Assembly (NCBI GenBank): GCA_023137195.1
Contig: JAGLPV010000006.1
Location: forward strand, 1 to 56,025
DNA from: Candidatus Aenigmatarchaeota archaeon
Lineage (GTDB): Archaea > EX4484-52
Direction of reading: 5' to 3'
Length of the DNA stretch: 56,025 nucleotides
A model generated the notes under the pieces. The model made no database searches. It saw only the letters and a program-made list of their open reading frames with translations, and was not told where the DNA came from. Each line of letters opens with the position of its first letter. Position 1 is the first letter of the stretch. Below are positions 1 through 8,735 of the stretch, piece after piece. The position numbers and the translations under genes are program-made.

Positions 1-341
1 CAATACTGGATTTAGAAGTTATGGCCATTGTGGACGGAACTTTTCACGGACATAACTTATGGAATGAACCAGAGGATTTTTTTTGGCATAAAAAAATATT
101 GCGTTCAAAATCAGATGGTATTATTAACAATTTGAATATCTCAAATGATGTTCAAAAAATATTTGCTAATCGTAAAGGAATCGCGTTGGTTGGACAGTTA
201 AACCCGGGAGACGAGGTAATTAAAAATAAAACGGAACTTGGAAATTTAATGATTGTTGAAAAATCAAGGGAATCTTTGAATGATTCAATAAAGCAAGCAG
301 ATAATTTACTAAGTAATTATGTTGAAATAATAAAGGAGTAA
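1..341 (+). CDS. C-terminal part of a probable ATP-grasp (amino acid ligase-like) protein, 5'-truncated by the window edge
   Basis: The frame is open upstream of the listed ATG at 21 (ATA CTG GAT TTA GAA GTT from position 3). The tail PGDEV...LGNLMIVEKSRESL...ADNLLSNYVEI resembles the C-terminal cap of ATP-grasp ligases. Stop is 2 nt before the next gene. Confidence 0.45.
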   Translation, partial: ILDLEVMAIVDGTFHGHNLWNEPEDFFWHKKILRSKSDGIINNLNISNDVQKIFANRKGIALVGQLNPGDEVIKNKTELGNLMIVEKSRESLNDSIKQADNLLSNYVEIIKE

Positions 342-343
342 AA

Positions 344-2185
344 ATGGAAATACAAAATAAAATGCAGGCAATAATTTTAGCAGCAGGGAATGGAAAAAGA
401 TTATTTCCACTTACCAATGATACCCCCAAAGTTATGATTGAAGTTTGCGGTGAATCAATTATAAAAAGAGCTTTAAATAATCTCGCAGAATTAAACAAAA
501 TTTATGAAGTAATAATCGTAATTGGATATAAAGCTGAAAAAATAAAAGAACATATTGGGACGTCCTACAGGGGTATGAAAATAACTTATGTATTAAACAA
601 AGATTATGCTTCAACCAACAACATCTATTCTTTATGGCTTGCAAAAGACTATATTAAAGATGATGTTATTTTACTGGAAGGAGACGTTATATTTGAAAAA
701 GAACTTTTAATGCCACACATGAATTCAAATCGCCCTAGTTTGTCATTAGTTGCAAAATACAATGAAAATATTACCGGCACAGTAATCACCACGGATGAAG
801 AGACTAAAAGAATAAATAGTTTTATTGGGTCAAAAAATCAAGAACAAAAAAAAGATTATTTTGATGATAAATATAAAACAATTAATATCTACTTATTTAA
901 AAAAGAGTTTTTGGATAAATACTTCATGCCCAGTTTAGATAATCATATTAGCATTCATGGGAAAAATGATTATTATGAAGTTGTTCTTGGAGCTTTAGCC
1001 TATATTGGGGTCGAACTTCATTTTCATTTAGTAGAGGATGTCAATTGGTATGAGATAGATGATGTAAATGATTTAGAAAAAGCATCAATGATGTTTTCAA
1101 AGAATGAGTACCTTGAAAATATAGAGAATAGGTATGGCGGTTATTGGAATTATGATTTCGTGGATTTTTGTTACCTATACAATCTATACTTCCCAAACAA
1201 AGAACTATATGAAAGTTTACAAAACAAGCTTCCAAAACTGATTAATTATTATCCATCTACTCAAGTAGAGATAGCAAAGCTTTTATCAGGCTGGTTTAAA
1301 GATGATTTTGAGCATACTGATTTAATTGTAGGTAATGGAGCTTCTGAATTGATTAGACTTATTAATCTAAGATTAATAAAAAAAATTACAATTCCGGTTC
1401 CTAGTTTTGATGAATATTTTGGACAGTTAAAAGAAAATCAAATCAATTTCTTTTTATTGGATAAAAAAAAGGATTTCAAAATAGATGTTGTTAAGTTGGT
1501 CGATTCTGTAAAATCATCAAATAGTAATTCTGTCCTCTTAATAAATCCAAATAATCCTACATCACAAATTCTGGATAATGATAATATTCGTTATGTTTTA
1601 GAAAATGTAGGGTCGGAGGTTTTAGTTTTTGTCGATGAATCATTTATTGATTTTGCAAATAATAAAGAAAAATATTCCTGTCAAAAGCTTATTGCGGAAT
1701 TTTCTAATTTGGTGATTATTAGGAGTATAAGTAAGGAATTTGGAGTTCCGGGCATAAGATTGGGTTATATTTTAACTAAAAATGAATTAGTAAAAGAAGA
1801 AATTAAAAAAGGATTACCTATTTGGAATATAAATTCAGTTGCAGAAATGTTTATTGAATTATTTACAAGATATAATTCATTTTATGAATCTTCAATGAAC
1901 AAAATTGTTTCAGATAGAGATTATTTAACTAAGAAACTTGAAAATATAAATTTTTTGAAAATTTACAAACCATGGGCAAATTTCATATTGTGTGAATTGG
2001 TTACTGATAAAATTGATTCAAAGGGATTGACGACAGAACTCTTTAACGAATATAATCTTTTAATTAAAGGTTTTAAAATTAAAAAAGGTTTAGAGGACGG
2101 AAAATTTATTAGAATCTCTGTAAGAACAAAAGAGGATACAGATAAATTAGTGGTGGCTCTGGAAGAGATAGAAGGAAAATTGTAA
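344..2185 (+). CDS. Bifunctional nucleotidyl(cytidylyl)transferase (LicC-like) fused to class I/II PLP enzyme (HisC/CobD-like)
   Basis: N-terminal AIILAAGNGKRL..LT...PK, NNIYSLWLA, LLEGDV and WYEIDDVNDL motifs. C-terminal GNGASELI, INPNNPT, VDESFIDF and the PLP-lysine motif RSISKEFGVPGIRLGY. Confidence 0.85.
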   Translation: MEIQNKMQAIILAAGNGKRLFPLTNDTPKVMIEVCGESIIKRALNNLAELNKIYEVIIVIGYKAEKIKEHIGTSYRGMKITYVLNKDYASTNNIYSLWLAKDYIKDDVILLEGDVIFEKELLMPHMNSNRPSLSLVAKYNENITGTVITTDEETKRINSFIGSKNQEQKKDYFDDKYKTINIYLFKKEFLDKYFMPSLDNHISIHGKNDYYEVVLGALAYIGVELHFHLVEDVNWYEIDDVNDLEKASMMFSKNEYLENIENRYGGYWNYDFVDFCYLYNLYFPNKELYESLQNKLPKLINYYPSTQVEIAKLLSGWFKDDFEHTDLIVGNGASELIRLINLRLIKKITIPVPSFDEYFGQLKENQINFFLLDKKKDFKIDVVKLVDSVKSSNSNSVLLINPNNPTSQILDNDNIRYVLENVGSEVLVFVDESFIDFANNKEKYSCQKLIAEFSNLVIIRSISKEFGVPGIRLGYILTKNELVKEEIKKGLPIWNINSVAEMFIELFTRYNSFYESSMNKIVSDRDYLTKKLENINFLKIYKPWANFILCELVTDKIDSKGLTTELFNEYNLLIKGFKIKKGLEDGKFIRISVRTKEDTDKLVVALEEIEGKL

Positions 2186-2405
2186 TTAATTCTGGTTTAG
2201 GGAATGGAATTGATGAATAGAAGATAATGTCTTGTGGGGACGAACTTCCTCCTCGTAGAAGAAGTAGGAATATAAGATTTGGGGGGATACGAAGTGTCTT
2301 TGGCAAATTGGAGAACAAGTGCGACGTAGTGAACCGATGTCTTGTTCTGCACTCCGGGGCGAAGGAGAGTGTGTGATGTGGTTGAGGAGTGAAGTGACGA
2401 AGAAG

Positions 2406-2441
2406 TTTTGCGAACTAAAAATACGCCTTATGTTCGCAAAA
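2406..2441. repeat. 10-bp perfect inverted repeat (hairpin)
   Basis: TTTTGCGAAC (2406-2415) and GTTCGCAAAA (2432-2441). Confidence 0.7.
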
Positions 2442-2518
2442 TTGCGTCGAACAATAGATTAATATATATTATTACAGATAATCTATTAATACAGAGGGTT
2501 ATCTTAACTTTTGTGTTC

Positions 2519-2544
2519 CTTACGCTTACGAATTTTTTTCTGCA
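2519..2544 (+). repeat. Direct repeat copy 1, CTTACGCTTACGAATTTTTT(T)CTGCA
   Basis: Identical to 7389-7413 except for one T in the T-run. Both copies are preceded by TTAA(A)CTTTT. Confidence 0.85.
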
Positions 2545-2846
2545 TCCCATGTCCTGAATTCATCATTGCCTTTTTTTATTAAATTTTCAGAATAAACCTT
2601 GAATCCGGGCGTCAGGCTTTTTGTTGCCAGTCTTTCCGCTGATAGAAGAAAAAGAAGGGTTTGATATTATGTATTGTGATATATTCTCTTTTTCTTTTTT
2701 TGGTTTAAATTTCTTTTTGTCGTGGTGGTGTTCAAAGCGTTTTTTTTGTTTGCTGGTTTAAATCCGGAATTAAAGGATTTTTTATTCGAATTTTTGAAGT
2801 CACCTGATTTTTTCTTGAATTTTAGATTATATCTATTTTCGCCCAT
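2526..2846 (-). pseudogene. flpA: Truncated 5' fragment of fibrillarin-like rRNA/tRNA 2'-O-methyltransferase
   Basis: Manual translation from ATG 2846 gives a Lys-rich leader, an in-frame TAA, then [36 protein letters not shown]. This matches the fibrillarin N-terminal motif (LATKNL.PG..VYGE.L....EYR.W) and stops just before RSKLAA. Confidence 0.7.
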
Positions 2847-2900
2847 GATTAATTAAAGAAATAATAAAAAGATGTTCATTTTTGGGGTTTTGGTTTGATG

Positions 2901-3106
2901 TTGGGTCTGAAGAATGTGTTTGTGTCTAACTGGTTCATGAGCCGAGAGGCGATGGATAAGATACTTCCGTATCTTGATGCTATCAATGTCGATGTCAAGT
3001 GAAGAGTTCTATCATGGGGTGTAGGGATGTTCAACCCGTGCTTGATAATATCAAGTATATGCATGAGAAAGGTATCGAGTCGAGGTAACTACGCTTATCG
3101 TCGACC
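2901..3106 (+). pseudogene. amrS: Internal, multiply frameshifted fragment of AmmeMemoRadiSam-type / PFL-activase-like radical SAM enzyme
   Basis: Successive frames give GLKNVFVSNWFMSREAMDKILPYLDAINVDVK, EEFYHGV, DVQPVLDNIKYMHEKGI and VEVTTLIV, in the order expected for this family. Confidence 0.7.
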
Positions 3107-3116
3107 TTTTTGAATT

Positions 3117-4508
3117 TTATTTTGCTTTCAAAGTTAGGTTTTCAAAAGGACCATATAACCGCGTACTAATATCCGGACCACCCGCCAAATAAATCCAATA
3201 TTTATCCAAACCATCACAATAAAATATATATTTTTCTCCCCACTTATCAGATTTAGAATCTGTTTCTATATATCGAACTTGTTTTACTCTTTTATTATTA
3301 TTTTTACAAATAAATATTACTGAAGCTTCATCTCCATTATGTGAGGGACCACCATAACTACCACCATAATATAATAAAGAATTATCATTTAAAGCAATAC
3401 TATTTGAAAAATAAATGAGATTATCCTCAATCTGTGGAGGTGGCGGGAACATTTTGAATAATAAACCTTCGCGTCTGTTCTTAGCAAATTTATACAATGA
3501 ACTATTTTCATCTGTCTTAGAAAATACATCCACGAGTAACTTATTATATTCTAACATCGCTCTTTCATATTCTCCTATCTCTTCGTAAACAATTGCTGTA
3601 TTTAAATCAACATAGGGATCATATACATCTCTTACAATTGTAATACTCATTTCAATATCTTCGGTACTGATGTTCATTCCTTCTTCTTTTGACATTTCTC
3701 TTAACTCATTTTTCATATCTTCTGCAAAACCGAAAACATCGACTTTTTGTCTTCTTGCGATTTCAAGCAAAATCAGAGCTTCATCATAATGTCCCATCGC
3801 CATATAAACAGTCGATTTATCAAGCAATACCTCTTTATTTTCGGGTTCAATTACTAAAACTCGATTAAAATATCTTAAAGATTCTTCATATCGTTCTAAA
3901 CTGGCTAAAATCCTGGCCTTTGTCAATAAAAATGTCATATTATCTTTATCACGACTTAGTGCTTTGTCGATATATATTAGTGCATCTTCATATTTACTTA
4001 AACTCATGAGTGCGAGCGATTTCTCATAATCTATATTTGTACTATTATATGTGTTCTCTAATTTTTTCTTTTTCAAATAATCTAAAATAATGCTTGATTT
4101 ATCATAAACAAAATAGTAGAGTTTCATGTAATAGGGCGAACTTTCTATTTGTATCTCATCCATCTTTTCTTTTCCAATATCCAACTTAAATTGTTTATAG
4201 GATAAATCCGCTAACTCCGTCTGATTATATGGATCTGTCATGTAGATATGAACATTGCCCGTACCTCCAAGAAACAAAAGGGGTAAAATGAAAAAAAACC
4301 AAGGGGATTTTATATTTTTTATCTTGTTTAAGGATCCAATAATATTCTCCGAAACCCTACTTTTTGTGTCTTTAGCTTTAAGTTCTTTATATCTACGTTT
4401 TATCGCATTTTTAGATCTATCAAGCCTTTTGGATAGCTCTTCTAAACTGAGTTTATCATATAATTCGAATAAAATTTTATCGTCTTCTGCGTTCCATTTT
4501 CTTGTCAT
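3117..4508 (-). CDS. TPR protein with N-terminal Myb/SANT-like helix-turn-helix and a hydrophobic segment
   Basis: KWNAEDDKILFELY...EELSKRLDRSKNAIKRRY (Myb-like W..EDD.L / L.RS..AI..R), then WFFFILPLLFL, then TPRs such as YEDALIYIDKAL, YEESLRYFNRVLVIEPEN and YERAMLEYNKLL. Confidence 0.8.
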   Translation of the reverse strand: MTRKWNAEDDKILFELYDKLSLEELSKRLDRSKNAIKRRYKELKAKDTKSRVSENIIGSLNKIKNIKSPWFFFILPLLFLGGTGNVHIYMTDPYNQTELADLSYKQFKLDIGKEKMDEIQIESSPYYMKLYYFVYDKSSIILDYLKKKKLENTYNSTNIDYEKSLALMSLSKYEDALIYIDKALSRDKDNMTFLLTKARILASLERYEESLRYFNRVLVIEPENKEVLLDKSTVYMAMGHYDEALILLEIARRQKVDVFGFAEDMKNELREMSKEEGMNISTEDIEMSITIVRDVYDPYVDLNTAIVYEEIGEYERAMLEYNKLLVDVFSKTDENSSLYKFAKNRREGLLFKMFPPPPQIEDNLIYFSNSIALNDNSLLYYGGSYGGPSHNGDEASVIFICKNNNKRVKQVRYIETDSKSDKWGEKYIFYCDGLDKYWIYLAGGPDISTRLYGPFENLTLKAK

Positions 4509-5008
4509 AACGGGTTAGTATCATAAAAATATAAAATACTATTGGAAGAAAAAATAGAAGAAGTTTGAAAGGAATGACAAAAAATCCATAAAAAGAGATA
4601 GAATAATCACCAAAACAAAATCGTCGCAGTTATGATGGAAACCACAGCAATCCTCCAGATTATAATACATTCTGTTATATTTATTGTCATTTTCATTAAC
4701 ACCTTTATGGATAGTTTTAATAACAATGCTATAGTCGTTGCAATAATTAGCGTAAATTTTTTCCAACCAATTTAGGATTGTATAATAAAAGTATCTTTTT
4801 ATTTTTTCTAATTTGATTGCACCTAACCATAAGATTAAACATACTTTAGTACGAATAATGTCCATTAGGCGACATATTTTCAAGTTTCTTTTGAATAAGC
4901 AATGAGTGAATTTTTTTTCTTTATTTTATGGGGGGAGAAATAATGCGTTTTCTCAAATGTAGCTCCGAAAACGATTTTTTATAAATATTTACGGATATTA
5001 TTATTGTG

Positions 5009-7351
5009 ATGAGAAAAAGAGAAGTGATAATAAAGGATATAAAAAATTTGATAAATACAAAAGGCTACATTTATGCCCTTTGTATGATTCTTTTTGAAGA
5101 TTTTTATATTAACCCTGAAAAACTACAAGAAATCAATTACGGAAAAAGACTGGGTACAAAAGAAGCCTCTTTATTACTTGGATTTTTAATTCAAAAAGAA
5201 ATTGATTTTTCAACACCCGATACTCCACAAGACTTAATTCAACTAAAACAAAAAACTTACGAATTGATGGAAGAATTACACTATTCTTTCATGATTCCAT
5301 TTTTAGAAAAACTAGAAAAAAGTTTTCAAAAAGAACATAAAAAAGAAAATCTTAGAATGGAACAAAAAGAATTCTTCGGCAAAGGAGATATGCTTACAGA
5401 ACCAATATTTTATTCTGGAACAGGTGTTTATGATTTTCAATATTTAGATTTCTTAGAAAGAAAGTACAAATATGATAAAAAGTGGCTTTCGGAAAAAAAG
5501 AATTTTAATATTGAGCAAGTAAAAAATATAGTTACTCATATAAAAAATATTTTAGAAGAGAAATCAAAAAAAGTTCGTTTGTATGACTTAAAAGAAAGAT
5601 TACCTCAAACAATTGAGGAAAATAAAAAGAAAAATCCAAATGAGGATTGGGAGAAGCATACAAAAGAAGTTTTGCCAATGATGGAATTATATCAATACGT
5701 GAAACTATTCTTTGAATACAAAAAAGACAAAAATAAATTGAATCTGGATGATATTGGAGAAGAAGAATGGAAATCTTTTTACAAGGAGCTGATAGAATTA
5801 TTTGTTATCAGAAAATCAGATTTTGATAGCAATATAGATATTGAATCATTTTTCAATAATTTTTCTATTTCTTTTGAAGAAAATCTAAATTCTCAATTTC
5901 AGACTATTGGCAATTTTAATCTCATAAATGCTTGTCCTATCATCAAATTTGATGAAGAAAGATATTTCGTACCAATTAGTTTTTTATTATTTGAAGCAGT
6001 TTATGAGAGTCCTTTTTATTGGATGATAAAAGACAAAGAATATGAAGATTTGACAGGGAAAAATAGAGGAAAAGTGGGCGAAGAAATTACATACTCCTTT
6101 TTGTCGAAAGTTTTTAAATCAGAAAAAGTTTTTAAATCAGTAAAAATTCAATCTCCTAAAACAAAAAAATCTACAAAAAAGAAAAAGGACGATACGGATA
6201 TAGATGTACTTTGTATTCTCGGGAGCAAGGCTTTGTGCGTGCAGGTCAAATCTAAAAAATTAACCGAACTTTCAAGAATGGGTAATGATGAACAATTACA
6301 GAAAGATTTTCAAGAGGCTGTTCAAGATGCTTATGAACAAGGTATTGTATCACGTCAAAAAATACTAGAGAGGAATGCAAAATTTATAGATGAAAGCGGA
6401 AATGAAATAAAACTTTCAGAAGAAATTGATGAGGTTTACATAATGGGTATTACAACGGAAAATTATCCCTCTTTAACTCATCAGGCTCATGTCCTGTTGG
6501 ACAAGAAAGATGATAATCCATTTCCGATAGTTTTAACTATTTTTGATTTAGAATTGCTCACTTATTACTTGAATGATCCATATGATTTTTTGTACTACAT
6601 CAGACAAAGAAGTTCATTAATGGATTATTTTAAAGCTGACGGAGAGATGAGCTTTCTTGGTTATCATTTAGAAAAGAAATTGTGGAAACTTCCGAAAGTA
6701 GATTATTGCAGTATAGAAGCCAGTTTCGCTCAAAGTATTGATAGAAATTTTTACCCCATTAAAGCAGGTATAAATGTTTCGGATGAAGGCGATATAATCA
6801 AAAATAGATGGAAAAATGAAGAGTTTAATCAATTGTGCAATCAGTTAAAAACTTTAAACCAAGCAAAAATAACAGATATTATCTTTCATCTTTTAGATTG
6901 GTCTGGATATGCAAGGAAAAATCTTGTTAACCTTCTTGTTAAGCTAAAACAGCAAACTTTGAACGATGGAAAAATTCATAATTTTTCTATGCCACCAGAC
7001 GACAGTTATTCTTCCCGTGTTGGCGTTACTTATATTTCATTAAACTCTGATAATGCCGAAGAATTAAGAAAAAAATTATTAACTTTGTGTCCATTAAGAA
7101 AATATAAAAGCAGAGGTGACGTTTGGATTGGTTTTGGTAGTCTAAACAATAGTTATAATATGATAGATATTGTATCTTTTAATGATCAAAAATGGGAATA
7201 TAATGAAGAATTAGAAAAGATGTCAAAAACCCTGTTGGAGGGAAGAGGGCAAGGTAGGTTGGTTAGAATTGGGAAGAAGATTGGTAGAAACGAAAAATGT
7301 CCTTGTGGAAGTAATTTAAAATATAAAAAGTGTTGTGGTAGTTTTATATAG
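5009..7351 (+). CDS. NERD-like PD-(D/E)xK nuclease-fold protein with C-terminal SEC-C zinc-binding motif
   Basis: RGKVGEE helix, DIDVL...CVQVKSK nuclease-like core, and terminal KIGRNEKCPCGSNLKYKKCCG. ATG 5009 is preferred over GTG 5006. Confidence 0.75.
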   Translation: MRKREVIIKDIKNLINTKGYIYALCMILFEDFYINPEKLQEINYGKRLGTKEASLLLGFLIQKEIDFSTPDTPQDLIQLKQKTYELMEELHYSFMIPFLEKLEKSFQKEHKKENLRMEQKEFFGKGDMLTEPIFYSGTGVYDFQYLDFLERKYKYDKKWLSEKKNFNIEQVKNIVTHIKNILEEKSKKVRLYDLKERLPQTIEENKKKNPNEDWEKHTKEVLPMMELYQYVKLFFEYKKDKNKLNLDDIGEEEWKSFYKELIELFVIRKSDFDSNIDIESFFNNFSISFEENLNSQFQTIGNFNLINACPIIKFDEERYFVPISFLLFEAVYESPFYWMIKDKEYEDLTGKNRGKVGEEITYSFLSKVFKSEKVFKSVKIQSPKTKKSTKKKKDDTDIDVLCILGSKALCVQVKSKKLTELSRMGNDEQLQKDFQEAVQDAYEQGIVSRQKILERNAKFIDESGNEIKLSEEIDEVYIMGITTENYPSLTHQAHVLLDKKDDNPFPIVLTIFDLELLTYYLNDPYDFLYYIRQRSSLMDYFKADGEMSFLGYHLEKKLWKLPKVDYCSIEASFAQSIDRNFYPIKAGINVSDEGDIIKNRWKNEEFNQLCNQLKTLNQAKITDIIFHLLDWSGYARKNLVNLLVKLKQQTLNDGKIHNFSMPPDDSYSSRVGVTYISLNSDNAEELRKKLLTLCPLRKYKSRGDVWIGFGSLNNSYNMIDIVSFNDQKWEYNEELEKMSKTLLEGRGQGRLVRIGKKIGRNEKCPCGSNLKYKKCCGSFI

Positions 7352-7388
7352 GCATAAAATACCCAACCGTAATTAAACTTTTACTGCT

Positions 7389-7413
7389 CTTACGCTTACG
7401 AATTTTTTCTGCA
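7389..7413 (+). repeat. Direct repeat copy 2, also the left arm of a hairpin
   Basis: Matches 2519-2544. TTTTTTCTGCA (7403-7413) pairs with TGCAGAAAAAA (7431-7441). Confidence 0.85.
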
Positions 7414-7487
7414 GTCCTATGAAATTTGCGTGCAGAAAAAAACCATGAAAATCGCTGGTCTTACAAGTTATACCGCGCTTTTCAAGG

Positions 7488-7551
7488 TGTTTCGGTGCTC
7501 ACTGCGGAATTTGCTCTTTAGGGACAAATTCCTTTGTTCACTACCGAAACA
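7488..7551. repeat. Nested hairpin abutting the tRNA 3' end
   Basis: Outer arms TGTTTCGGT (7488-7496) and ACCGAAACA (7543-7551). Inner arms GGAATTTG (7506-7513) and CAAATTCC (7525-7532). Confidence 0.7.
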
Positions 7552-7634
7552 TGCAGGGAGAGGGATTCGAACCCACGAAGGTCTGCACCACAGGATCTTA
7601 AGTCCTGCCCCTTTAGCCACTCGGGTATCCCTGC
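7552..7634 (-). tRNA. tRNA-Leu(UAA), no intron, CCA not encoded
   Basis: Minus strand reads GCAGGGA TA CCCGAGTGGCTAAAGGG G CAGGA CTTAAGA TCCTG, a long variable arm, GTGGG TTCGAAT CCCTC, TCCCTGC A. Anticodon is TAA. Confidence 0.97.
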
Positions 7635-7652
7635 TTAATAGGTTATTTCTAC

Positions 7653-7762
7653 TTATATCGCGGCACAGTAATGCAAGTATGTGGCGCGATATACTAGCAA
7701 AATACATAAATACTATCTAAATACAGATATTATATCTTGTATTATTTATGTGTTTTGTTATA
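7653..7762 (+). repeat. Internally deleted copy of 10721-11049, including a copy of the glyS 3' end
   Basis: Blocks TTATATCGCGGCACA, AATGCAAGTATGTGGCGCGATATA and ATATACTAGCAAAATACATAAAT...TATTATTTATGTGTTTTGTTATA occur here contiguously and at 10721, 10878 and 10975. Confidence 0.9.
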
Positions 7763-7765
7763 CAT

Positions 7766-8683
7766 CTAAAAAGAAATCATTTTTTTAAATTCATCAATTC
7801 TTTTCCCAATATCATCTTCTGTTAATTCTTTCAATTTTTCAACGCCAAATTCCTCAACAGTAAAAGACGCAACCATATTCCCCCAGACCGTTGCCTTTTT
7901 GATAGTATCAAAATCAACACCATCATTTTTCGCAATATAACTCAAAAATCCACCAGCAAACGAATCACCCGCCCCGGTAGGATCTTTAGTCTCAGTAGTA
8001 GGATAAGCCGGAGCAATAAAATAATCATTTTTGTAAAATATTATCGTCCCGTTTTCGCCTTTTTTAATCAACACAAGTTCAGGACCCATGTTTTGCAGAA
8101 GTCTTCCTGCCTTAATCAAGTTCCATTCCCCGCTCAATTGTCTTGCCTCTGTATCATTTACAGATATTGCATTGACCTTTTTTATTACATTAATCAGCTC
8201 ATCTTTTTTTATGTCAATCCACAGGTTCATTGTGTCCAGAAGCACAAAATCAAGATTTGTCATCTGGTCAAGTACAGACATTTGCAGAACAGGGTCGATA
8301 TTTGCCAGAAACAGGTAATTGACCGCCTTATAGTTTTCATTGATTGTAGGCTTGAATTTTTCAAATACATTAAGGTGAGTATGCAGGGTGTATGCTTGGG
8401 CCATATCTTCCTCGTATTTGCCCCCCCAGTTGAATGTATTTCCTTCTGTCTTGATAAGCCCGGACGTATCTATATTTTTTGAATTCAGAAAATCACAATA
8501 TTTACTTTCAAAATCATCCCCAACAACGCCGACAATCCCTGGTTTTGCCAGGATGGAGGCAGATAGTGAAGAGTAAACAGCAGAACCGCCCAGTAGCTTG
8601 TCTTTTTTCCCGTGCGGAGTTTCTATAGAATCAAATGCAACAGAACCCACAATTACCATGTTAGGATTAGTATTAACGACCAT
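7766..8683 (-). CDS. PfkB/ribokinase-family sugar or nucleoside kinase
   Basis: VGSVAFDSIETP...LGGSA N-terminus, IKKGENG, and the anion-hole motif DPTGAGDSFAGGF. Confidence 0.92.
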   Translation of the reverse strand: MVVNTNPNMVIVGSVAFDSIETPHGKKDKLLGGSAVYSSLSASILAKPGIVGVVGDDFESKYCDFLNSKNIDTSGLIKTEGNTFNWGGKYEEDMAQAYTLHTHLNVFEKFKPTINENYKAVNYLFLANIDPVLQMSVLDQMTNLDFVLLDTMNLWIDIKKDELINVIKKVNAISVNDTEARQLSGEWNLIKAGRLLQNMGPELVLIKKGENGTIIFYKNDYFIAPAYPTTETKDPTGAGDSFAGGFLSYIAKNDGVDFDTIKKATVWGNMVASFTVEEFGVEKLKELTEDDIGKRIDEFKKMISF

Positions 8684-8707
8684 AATATTACTAATTCAAA
8701 TAATACA

Positions 8708-8715
8708 TTTTTAAA
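8708..8715. promoter_or_regulatory. Putative bidirectional TATA box between the pfkB gene and rps4e
   Basis: TTTTTAAA lies centrally in a 52-bp divergent gap, ~21-32 nt from both ATGs. Confidence 0.5.
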
Positions 8716-8735
8716 GCTAATTACAAACTTACTTT

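Noticed and set aside
2200-2400. G-rich stretch after the aminotransferase gene as an ncRNA or pseudogene
   Set aside because: No convincing fold or protein motif in the frames I read; left unassigned.
2876-3064. 62-aa minus-strand ORF, considered as a Nop5 remnant upstream of fibrillarin
   Set aside because: No Nop5 motifs; the opposite strand explains it as a radical SAM relic.
4539-4883. 114-aa minus-strand ORF
   Set aside because: TTG start and no recognisable motif. A short membrane peptide at its 3' end is possible but unsupported.
7430-7720. ORFs 7430-7720 (+) and 7468-7707 (-)
   Set aside because: They overlap the tRNA-Leu gene and repeat DNA.
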